Below, piece by piece: positions 55,041 through 64,000 of a stretch of 64,000 bases of DNA; the first letter of the stretch is position 1; each line of letters starts with the position of its first letter. The position numbers and the translations under genes were made by a program. The notes under the pieces were generated by a model, which saw nothing but the letters and a program-made list of their open reading frames with translations, searched no databases and was not told where the DNA came from. The stretch is from the IMG/VR virus record IMGVR_UViG_3300020051_000004, one strand, 5' to 3'. The stretch is from a virus.

Positions 55041-55177
55041 TGTCTGCCGTTCTTTGCTGGACGATAGCGTGCAAGACCTACAAAGTCCGTCGCACAATGC
55101 TAAAGCATAAGAAAGCAACAGCGCCCAACTAATCGGTAATAACTAGCGGGAACCCCGAATTCTTATGGCGGCAGACA
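55041..55177 (+). ncRNA. putative structured ncRNA C (137 nt)
   Basis: 10-bp closing stem TGTCTGCCGT/GCGGCAGACA, 8-bp CATAAGAA/TTCTTATG arm, CTTTG/CAAAG arm; follows AACAATT. Confidence 0.65.
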
Positions 55178-57851
55178 CTCCTTTTATCAAACGCCGAACG
55201 GCTCCTGAATAATATGAAAGACTCCCTAAGATTCGTTTACGAGAAAGTGGAAAACGGCTGGAAAAAAGTGTACGAAGCTCAGAGCTTCCAGAATGCTCTT
55301 TTCATGGCCAAACAAATGAAATTAATTGCGCCGAAGAAAGAATTTTGTGTGAATAGTTAGATTTTTTCTTGCGTTGGGCAAATAACGTGATACATTGATT
55401 TATAATTGTATGATGAACCGCAAAACTTGCAATCATTCCTAGAAACGTAAAAAAAATCAATTCTTCCGCAGTAATATGAAAAAATCCAAAGACGCACAAA
55501 GAATCATTGTCGCACTTTACTTGCGAAAAAGACGCAAGCGCGAACATCTGAGAATTATTCAGAGAGATGATTGCAGCTATCCAGATTACAAAAAATGGAA
55601 ACAAAATCCTGAACTCTGGCAAAAAATTCTTAGTGACTGTAGAACTACATTGGCAGAACGTCATAATACACTTCAGGTCGCTAGAAGAGCCTTGTATAAT
55701 ATTTGGGGTTGACAGGTTTTAGAGAGGTGATCCAATAACGCTTGACGGCGCAAAGAAATCTCTCTAATACTTGGGGCGCTTTCAATTGCCAAGTATGAAG
55801 GGCGCGGACTAGATGGATACGAAGAGCTAGAAAAACAAATCTCCGACTTGCAAAAGAAATTGCAGAAATAATTTGCGCCGCATTAAATTTTAATCTATAC
55901 TCTACTCATGAGCGCCGACAATGCAATTTACATTCGACCATTAAAAACTGGTGGCTATGCCGTCAAATGTATTTCTTCATTATATCCAGAATACGGAAAT
56001 GACGAGGGTATTGATGAAGAGTTTAAAGATGCGCCAGTTTTCGCCACATTAGATGAAGCTTGGGAGTACGAAGAAAAGATTCAACAAAAATATGAAGATT
56101 CTGGACGTTATATTGAGTATGACTCAGAAGTTTTGACTCGAAAAGATGGATTTTAGTTGACACGGCCAATTTAATAGCCTAATATCTACCCATGAACAAC
56201 GAATACACTCTTGAAGATTTCCGCAAGGTTGCCAAAGTCGGGCGAACAAAGAAAGCCAATGGTTTTCTCTCTGGTTCTAGACTAATCAGCGCCGTTGCTG
56301 TGCGTTGGAATAGCAAAGCAGGAAAGCGTGAACTGCATTACGATTTCAAAAAGGGCTGCGATTATGTCAAAGAATGCTTTGAAGAATTGCAAAAAAGGTG
56401 CATAATCCGCGATTGTTTGATGCCAGCGTAATTAATTAACGCCAAAAAACCAAAACACTTGACAATAATTAACTCTAATGTCATTCTATGAAATAAACCT
56501 TTCTAATTGCGATGGATGCAATGCGACAATTCACGTTTTTGAGAACGGCAAAATTGATCGTAGGGGAAATTCCTACAACAAAGTGAAGCGCCTAGCTAAA
56601 TTTTGCAAAGAATCAGAATATGATGAGGAAATGCCAGAATGGGCGAAAACTGCAATGCGAAAACTGGAAAAGTGAAGAAAATACTTGCTAAGTATTGGAT
56701 CAAATGATAGACTCCACGCATGAAAACATTCACAGTCCGCGATTTCTACCACTATTCGCAGCTTGACGGCGGAAAAACGTATTTTGATTTGCCAGTTGTT
56801 TTTGAGGGAGGATGGAATGCCGTTCACGATTTCTGTCAAAATAAAGGATATTCGTGGAAAAAAGATTCCTCAATTTTCGGCGGATATTATGTTGACAATG
56901 AGGGGAAATGCCTTATGATTGTGTAATGAAACTCCATACACTCAGACTAGGCGGTTGCGTTTCTAGGGCAGAAGCTCTTTACAAAATTAAAGCGTGGAAG
57001 AAAGCGGCCAAAAGCTTCACTATAATTTCCATAAGCCGTTATTGGTATGGTGTGCAAAATAAGCACTTGAACACTTTTCGTTTTGAGGTAGAGTACTACT
57101 CAAAGAAAAACGAAGGCCGCTATCAAATTCCACTTGACAAAGTTGGCGTTTTATGTGGAGCGAGTAGAAGAAAACACGGCGGAAACCTTGACAAGAGGGC
57201 AAAAATATGAAAGTCTTTCTTTTCCATTATAGTTACCATAAAGGCAAATGGTCAAGCCGTTCTAGCTGGCCCCCTAAGCGAATAATTGCAGAAGATTTAC
57301 AAGCCGCAAAAGAAATTTTCGGCAAAAAACGCCGTGGCGCAGGATTTAGACTTGACAAAATTGAAGATGTGACAGGTAAACCGCACAAAATACCAGAAAA
57401 AACGGTTTTTTAGCTTGCGGGCAAAAGTTTAATGTGATATATTCAAGTCTTATGTTTGATCCTGCTTTAACTCACCATTACCTTGTTCAAGAGGCTCGCC
57501 GCTCTGGTTCTGTCTTAACTTTTGAAGAAAAGGTTAGTCATTTAGTGCGAAAGTATGGAGTTTTGCGCTCTCTTGCCGCTTTGGCAGTGAATTATGCAGA
57601 AAATCCTTGATTAATTCGCTAAACAATTGTAGAGTTTAATTATGAATCGCCGCCTTAAAACCGCCAAACAGAAACTCTTTAAAGCTATGACTCTGATTGA
57701 ATCAGAGTCAACAAAAAGCTCTGGCGATAGAAAAAACGAGCTTTTCAATCAGGCGAGTGATATTCAGGAAATTATTTCGGCGATTGATAGAATTTTGATT
57801 TTGGACGAAAAATAACTTGCGCCGCCCATAATTCCAAACTATATTTAATCT

Positions 57852-58289
57852 ATGAACGCCAAACTTCTCAAACAAATCTCCGACAACCTCACTCCCCTTG
57901 ATACCTCAGACATGTATCGAACATTCTTGGAGGAATGCTATGGGGAAATTACACTCGGAAACTTAACATTTAGTGCCGCTCGCATCATTGAGGAACTTGA
58001 TCCTACGGCTTTTAGATGCGGCGAGGCTGATTACATTGATTCCTTGTCTTTGGTTGAAATTCAGGGGGATTATTATGAGCAAGATGCCGTAGAGCAGGAA
58101 AGGGATGGGTTGATCGAGGAACTGGAAAGTGAGCTTTCAGACTTAGAAGAGGGGCTTCTCGAAAATGAGAAAGACATTAAAAACGAAGTAATTTCAGAAG
58201 AAGCTGGCATGAGTGAATCTGAAAGATTACAGGCAGAAATTGACGCTTTGACCGCCGAGATTGAAGAAATCAAAGAATATTGTTTTTAA
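57852..58289 (+). CDS. highly acidic hypothetical protein (possible nucleic-acid mimic)
   Basis: LDPTAFRCG motif, extreme Glu/Asp excess; own TTGCGCCGC promoter at 57817. Confidence 0.6.
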   Translation: MNAKLLKQISDNLTPLDTSDMYRTFLEECYGEITLGNLTFSAARIIEELDPTAFRCGEADYIDSLSLVEIQGDYYEQDAVEQERDGLIEELESELSDLEEGLLENEKDIKNEVISEEAGMSESERLQAEIDALTAEIEEIKEYCF

Positions 58290-60391
58290 CTTGACGGTTT
58301 ATCAAATCGGCGACATATTAAACCATGAGCGAGCCATACCGATTCAAACAGTTCAAGCAAAATGCCAGAACTAAAATAAAAAATCATTCTTGGATCAAAA
58401 AGAAAGGGCCGAACTCTTTTATTGAATTTGACAGGAAAACTTTCGAGGCCGCAATTGATTCTCTCAAAAATAAGGTTGATCTTTATGCTTCTGGATTGGA
58501 TGAGATTGCGCCACATGAGACGCTTTTGATTCAAATTCTAGGTGAATATGGACTTTAACGCTTGACGTTTAGAAAAATCTAGCTTAAAATAAGTCATGGA
58601 CGAAGAAAGAATCGCAAAAATCATAGAAGAAACCTTAATGAACGCTGGCTATGGGAAAAGGGCTGCTAAAATGGCCGCTAGTCCCATCGCTACAGAGGTT
58701 TTTTATGTGGCTTACGAGCTTGGGAAGTTAGAAATGAAAAATAAACTTGGATTTCTAGATGCAGTCAGCGAATTAAAATAATTACAAATAATTGTTGCGG
58801 CTTTTTGGTTATCTGTTATATTGATTGCATGAAAATTAAACCTGCTCACTTCGACAAGATCAAAGAAATGATTGAAGCACTGCTTTCCAAACACGGAAGG
58901 GATCAAATTATTCTCAAATATGAGACGGGCGATTTCCCTCGTTCCGAAAAAGTGAAAGACTTGCAAACAAGGTTTAACTTTGATCTTTATCATTTTTCAG
59001 GAGCACTAGGAGCCGTTGCTAGCGAGGTATATGAGTATGCCAATGATGAACATATAGCTACGGCCTTAAAGAGAATCTGCCCGAAAGTGGAGAGAAAATT
59101 TTAATTGCAGTGAGCCTAGAAACAAGGCGATAGTCGAAGAATTGGAAAAAATTTAAATTATTACTTGCGGACTGCTAATTTTGATATACATTTAAACATG
59201 AAAACAAAAGACCTCCTTTTTAATCTAGGTGATAAATTCACAGAAATGGCCGAAATGCTTGAACAAGCGGCTGAATATCTGGCAGACTCTCCTAACAAAT
59301 GCGAGAGAGACCTATTTGAGAAAATTCACGCTTATCTTGAAAGTGAAAAATAATTTTCGCGCCGCAAAATTGTTCTTGACTTTTGGGTAAATTTCTTTAG
59401 ATTAACTGCATGAAAAAACACCGCACACCCTCAAAAATTTACTCTTTAGCGCTTTTTCGTAAAATTCAAGGAAAAACTGTAAGAATTTGCTCTGTCGAGA
59501 GCTGGTATTTTTCGACTGTAAAAAGAGACGCTGAAAGAAAAGCTAGCCGCTTAAATAGAGATAATGGATACATCACTAAGGATCAGTTGTCTTGCGACAT
59601 TGACAAATGGATTCAAGTCGAAACTCTTTAACCCGACAATTTTCTTTCGCCGCAAAATAAATTAGCGTTCTCCCCTAAGAAGACGCCGCTCATTAAAAGA
59701 GGAAAATTTTTAGGAGAGAGGTTCTTGAGAAAACTGGAATTCTAAGAAAAAAACCTAAACGAAAAACTGCAAATAACGTGCGCGAAAGGTTTTTAGGCGG
59801 TTTCTGTAAATAGCTGAGTTTCAGCACTTTAAAGCGCTTGCGTGCTTGCCTTTTAGCGCCTTTAAATAGTAGAAACATATAGAGTAATATAGAGAGAAGA
59901 TAAGAAGAGAACTGGCAATTGACTAATGCTTGTGAAATACAAGTGATTTACTAGACTTCTCATCCTAAAATAGCCTAAGATCATTACCAAATGTAATGAA
60001 CTCAAATAAACCGCTTGACTCTCTAATCTCCTGTGATATTGTGTCTTATGACGAAAATCGAAATCCTCATTTGTTCCCTTTTTGGCCTTGCGTTCGGCGC
60101 TCTATTGCTCGCTTGCTGTGCATAAAGCACTGACAATCAACAAACTAAAAAACCGCTTGACAAGCCTCTTACCCTAGACTAACTTACTCAATGATTAAAA
60201 CACTCTCAGCCCTTCGTATGTCTTTTTGGGAAGCTCATCCGCAATTCGCTAGCGATTTCCGCACTAAAAAGCGCCAAAATGATTATAAATGTGACATCCG
60301 CCTCTCATGGATTGACTACGTAAATTCCCTATCTCAAGATGGGATTATCAGCGAAAAGCTTGCAAATAATGCTACGCTATAAGCACGGAAA

Positions 60392-60874
60392 CTATCGCCC
60401 CCTTTTAATAGGGTTGGGCATTCTAGTCTTATTCCTTAGTTGCTTATCTGAGAAATTATTCTCAACGATCAATTCTTGCGCTCCAATAAAATCACTAAAG
60501 AAAACATCTAGCGCCGCCGTGTCTCTGCCAACATATAGGAAAAATTCTCTGCTGCCTATCAATTTAAATAAGGGGTGATTGGACGCCTTTCCCATAAGAA
60601 AAGTCTCTGCATCCTTAGCGTTCACCACAGAATCTTGACTACAGGAAATAATTAAATCACTAGGTTGAGCCAAGCCATAGCATGTAAAATGTCCTACATG
60701 TACAACCATTCTAGCTCTAACATCGTTAGAAATACCAAATTTTACTACGCCAGTTTTTAGGTTTAATATATAGTAAAAATGATTACCCTTTGTTTTTGGG
60801 AGAATCGTGGAGTATAAATTTTCTGCATTTACTGAGAAAAGCAACTCATGCTTGAACGGGATAAACTCTATCAT
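60392..60874 (-). CDS. GIY-YIG-like / T5orf172-domain protein
   Basis: FYYI......VKFGISND...R....H....AE..L.....SREFF. Confidence 0.65.
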   Translation of the reverse strand: MIEFIPFKHELLFSVNAENLYSTILPKTKGNHFYYILNLKTGVVKFGISNDVRARMVVHVGHFTCYGLAQPSDLIISCSQDSVVNAKDAETFLMGKASNHPLFKLIGSREFFLYVGRDTAALDVFFSDFIGAQELIVENNFSDKQLRNKTRMPNPIKRGR

Positions 60875-62072
60875 CTTTTTTAAGCTTTTCAGCTAATCAG
60901 GATATTTTCGGCTCTAAGACTTTCTTTTAGTCTTTTTCCTTGAACTCACTTGAGGGTCGTAACCCGTGGAACTCGGAAATTTTCTTAGTCAGATTGTCAG
61001 TTTTTTGCTTAGGGATTATTGTGCGTATCTAAGCTGCACTCACATAAATAGTTACACTTTCTGCTTGCACAAATAAATAGAGAGAGTAAATTGATTGCAT
61101 GAAATCAACAAGAAACCCCGCCGACTATATCAGTGAAAAAATTAACGACGATTTAACGCTGACTAATTGCGTTCGCTCTTATGTGGATAAAGTTACGGGC
61201 GAAACTAAGCCAAGCGGTGACTTTGGATGGTGGCTCTATGACGAGACTTTTGGTATGAATCTAGCTATGAAGGCTAAATCCAAAGAAGAAGCTTTGATCG
61301 AAGCGTTGCAGTATTATAACGAAAGATTCAAGCAAGAAAGAGATGCTTTGTTGTCACTACGGTACAAGGTTAATGGTTTTTTAAATCAATTCGCCAGTGA
61401 CGACGACGAATAATTTAAAATAAAACTTGCGGCGCATAAATAATCTGGTATCTTTCCTCATGAAATACTCAATCAAAGTTTTGAAAAACAACAAATTTCA
61501 GGCGTATCTCATTATTGGGAATCGCTCTGAATGGTGCAAGCGCACAGCGAAAAAACACGTTGTTTCCGCTATGAGTAAAGAACATTTTCAGGGATGTGAA
61601 TTTTGCCTCGAAGAAAATTAAAAACAAATATTTATTGCGCCGCTTCAAATAATGTGATAAACTGTCCTATGAACGAAACACTAAAAGAAAAAATGCTCGC
61701 CGCTTATCTTGATCGGGTAAATAATTTCATTACCCTAGAAAAGTTTGCAGAGCATTATGGAATTTCCGAAAGTTTGGCAAATGCGATGATTAACGAGATG
61801 GCGGAATATAACGAATTTCTTGCCAGCATCGAAAAGGCGAAAAAACTTCGCGCCGCAAAATAAATAACTTGACAACAAACAACCACTCGCCTACTGTATC
61901 ACATGACAAAGAAACACTTCATTGCAGCCGCCAAAGCCATCTCAGCACTTGCTGACCAAGGGAAAATTTCAGAAGCAAATGCTGCCGCTAACGTCATCAT
62001 TATCATGAATGATAATCCAGCATTCGACAAGGGAAAATTCCTTAAAGCCTGCAATATTTACTAAATAATTTC

Positions 62073-62156
62073 CCTACTCTGGCGTAATAGGTAGCCGCAT
62101 CAGACTTAAAATCTGATACTAGAAATAGTGTGCCAGTTCGAGTCTGGCGAGTAGGA
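62073..62156 (+). tRNA. tRNA-Leu(TAA)
   Basis: Full cloverleaf: CCTACTC/GAGTAGG, anticodon arm TCAGA-CTTAAAA-TCTGA, long variable arm, GCCAG-TTCGAGT-CTGGC, discriminator A; CCA not encoded. Confidence 0.95.
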
Positions 62157-62168
62157 CTTTCCCCTAAT

Positions 62169-62242
62169 GTTCCTGTAACTCAATAGGATAGAGTATCGTT
62201 TTTCTAAAGCGAAAGTTCTAGGTTCGAGCCCTAGCAGGAATG
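62169..62242 (+). tRNA. tRNA-Arg(TCT)
   Basis: GTTCCTG/CAGGAAT, D arm ACTC/GAGT, anticodon arm TCGTT-TTTCTAA-AGCGA, CTAGG-TTCGAGC-CCTAG. Confidence 0.92.
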
Positions 62243-62575
62243 CTCCTCTAAGAAAAATCCCTAGTCGAGGAAAAAAAGACAAATAATACTTGCGCCGCCC
62301 AAAATAACCTGCTACTTTAAACCATGAATAAATTTAAAAACGGCAACTTCATTGAATCGCTCGAATCTGGCACGGTTAAAGCTGGAATCTATGGGTACGT
62401 GATTGACACTTTCCGCGATGGAAATTTCTGGAAATATGAAATTTACTGGATAGGCGGAGGAAAAACAATCGCCCGAGAAAAAGATTTAAAGCTTGCCGAG
62501 TAATACATTTACCTATAGAAAAACGAGTCTCTTACCTAGGTGTCTTTTGCACTCTATACACTGAAAAGTTTTTAG

Positions 62576-62608
62576 CTCCTAGCCTCAAAAGGGTTAGGGG
62601 ATTTTTTT
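62576..62608 (+). terminator. intrinsic terminator
   Basis: CTCCTAGCCT-CAAAA-GGGTTAGGGG-ATTTTTTT. Confidence 0.7.
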
Positions 62609-63434
62609 ACGCCGCAAATTTTTAAACTAGAGGTCCATGATAACTTTACAGAGAAAACTAATGGGCGCAACAAAAAAATAAAAATAATTTCGGCCGTAAA
62701 TAATTCTTGATTCTTCAGTTCTCCCCTGTATTGTACAAATATGAGAAACCAAAAACTTTTCGCGCTTCAATTGCTGGACTTCCATGGTGGTCAATTTTCA
62801 CCTTTGTACGCTGTGGGCTCCTGTATGCTTTCGGACTCCGAGAAAGGCATCAAATATCAGCCATCTAATCATCATGGCCATTCTTGCGATGAGGAATTTT
62901 GCGGCGCTGTAAAGAATGCAATTTTTGAATTGCGTGGACTCAGGAAAAATGCCAACTTCCCTGAATGCGTGAAAGCTAGCGATGAAAAGAGGGCCGAAAA
63001 GCTGGCGGCACGCTTGGAGAAGTTTCTGAAATAAGAAATAATTCTTGATTTAACTTTTTCACCTGCTATCTTTTCAGTCTTATGAGTCAAATATCCGCCC
63101 CTCAATGCATCGCCTTGTCAGTTAAATTTCTTGGCCCGTCTAATCATCGCGGCTCGCGAGTTAAAGCCAGTTGTAAACGGTTAAGCCTGAATAAAACCTT
63201 TTCTTACAAATATGAGGAAAATGGAGCCGTTGAACAAATAGAGGCGGCCCTCCTTAGAGCTGGAATCCCTTGTCAGAGCTTGCTTGATATGGGGGATCAT
63301 TACATCCTGGTCATCGACTGGCAGTACCGCGAGGCATTGACCGCTTTTATGAAGTAGTGTTTTGGCTTAGGGAAAGCATTTTGCGGCTTCTCATTTTTGA
63401 GAGAAACTATTTTCAACTTTTTCACTCTCCTTCA

Positions 63435-63517
63435 TTGACAGTACAGAAACCCTGCTTTATAGTAGGGGGCGCTAGCGGAAAGCAGCACAGGCACCCGCCT
63501 TTTGATCTTTGACAACT
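63435..63517 (+). promoter_or_regulatory. strong promoter followed by an rrn-like boxB/boxA antitermination leader
   Basis: TTGACA-17-TATAGT, GC-rich hairpin with a GGAAA loop, then TGATCTTTGACAAC (63503-63516). Confidence 0.6.
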
Positions 63518-63613
63518 CCACAAGCAAGCACGCCCATCGCGTGCGTTGCATTCAGGCGACCACTTGCCACGTTGGCAATTAGCCGCTTGAAAAACAACGC
63601 ATTATAAGATATT

Positions 63614-63961
63614 ATGACTACCCTTGACCAATCCGACAAGCTCGCCCTTTCCGCCCTCTTTTGTCACGAAGACGATGAAGGTGTGGAGCCTCTGCCAGCC
63701 GCACCCCTCTTTGATTACGGCGCGTGCCGCGATCGTATCCAAGGGTACGCGCCTCCCGCCCCTCGCTCCTACTCGCCATCCTATGACGTGGAAGAAGCGC
63801 CAGACATTAGCGAAGATGAAGATGAGGAAACCTTGAACGCCCTGCTTACCGCCTTTTATGTCAGCAAGCAGGGGCACGACTACAGCGGCGACATCTTGCC
63901 AAGCATGCGTTCGCGTGGCGCAATCTCCGCTGAATTGCGCTCTATGGGCTGTGAATGGTAA
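63614..63961 (+). CDS. acidic hypothetical protein in a GC-richer segment
   Basis: 115-aa ORF rich in D/E/P, downstream of the boxA leader. Confidence 0.5.
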   Translation: MTTLDQSDKLALSALFCHEDDEGVEPLPAAPLFDYGACRDRIQGYAPPAPRSYSPSYDVEEAPDISEDEDEETLNALLTAFYVSKQGHDYSGDILPSMRSRGAISAELRSMGCEW

Positions 63962-64000
63962 GGATTATCAACCTATGCTTACTTTCTTACTTCTCGGCTT

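Larger units (their letters stand above)
11738..63357 (+). other. accessory region of >100 small, mostly hypothetical, co-oriented phage genes
   Basis: Dense plus-strand ORFs of ~45-320 aa, either ATGA/TAATG-coupled or with their own promoter. Confidence 0.9.

Noticed and set aside
50661-55177. Hammerhead ribozymes in RNAs B and C
   Set aside because: No CTGANGA...GAAA core in the right arrangement; other ribozyme classes cannot be excluded without Infernal.
60875-61050. Possible read-through or extended N-terminus for the GIY-YIG gene
   Set aside because: All minus-strand frames contain several stops and no slippery site is evident; left as an unexplained leader.
44953-62323. CRISPR array formed by the TTGCGCCGC repeats
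   Set aside because: The repeats are short and degenerate and are spaced by whole genes (hundreds of bp); they fit promoter geometry, and there are no cas genes.
1-64000. Stop-codon reassignment suggested by the many short ORFs
   Set aside because: Known enzymes and tail genes are full length in the standard code, all three stops end genes directly before promoters or coupled starts, and no suppressor tRNA is present.

Overview
Segment of a large AT-rich tailed-phage genome, read in the standard genetic code. The left ~10 kb is a minus-strand lambda-like tail-tip module: gpL, gpK (JAB domain only), gpI, gpJ, and a fibre-like protein with a mucin-like Pro/Thr N-terminus. The remaining ~54 kb is a plus-strand accessory region of >100 mostly small genes. 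Recognisable products are a DNA adenine methylase, a PD-(D/E)XK nuclease, a sulfotransferase, an APS-kinase-like protein, an amidase endolysin, ThyA, an ECF sigma factor, a radical SAM enzyme with an 'NSSS'-motif partner, UvsE, a RuvB-like ATPase, a small alarmone hydrolase, an ArdA-like protein and a GIY-YIG/T5orf172 protein, plus tRNA-Leu(TAA) and tRNA-Arg(TCT). Four observations stand out. (1) There is a set of unannotated structured RNAs, including three tRNA-shaped RNAs that keep the acceptor and T arms but have no canonical anticodon arm, and several ~130-nt multibranched RNAs that follow AACAA(A)TTT spacers. (2) About 55 sigma70-type promoters sit so that transcription should start at the ATG (leaderless one-gene cassettes), many carrying a shared CGCCGC element. 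(3) CCGG appears to be completely absent from the 64 kb. (4) An rRNA-leader-like boxB/boxA element lies at the right end. All calls are by eye from the sequence and ORF track; no database searches or folding programs were run.
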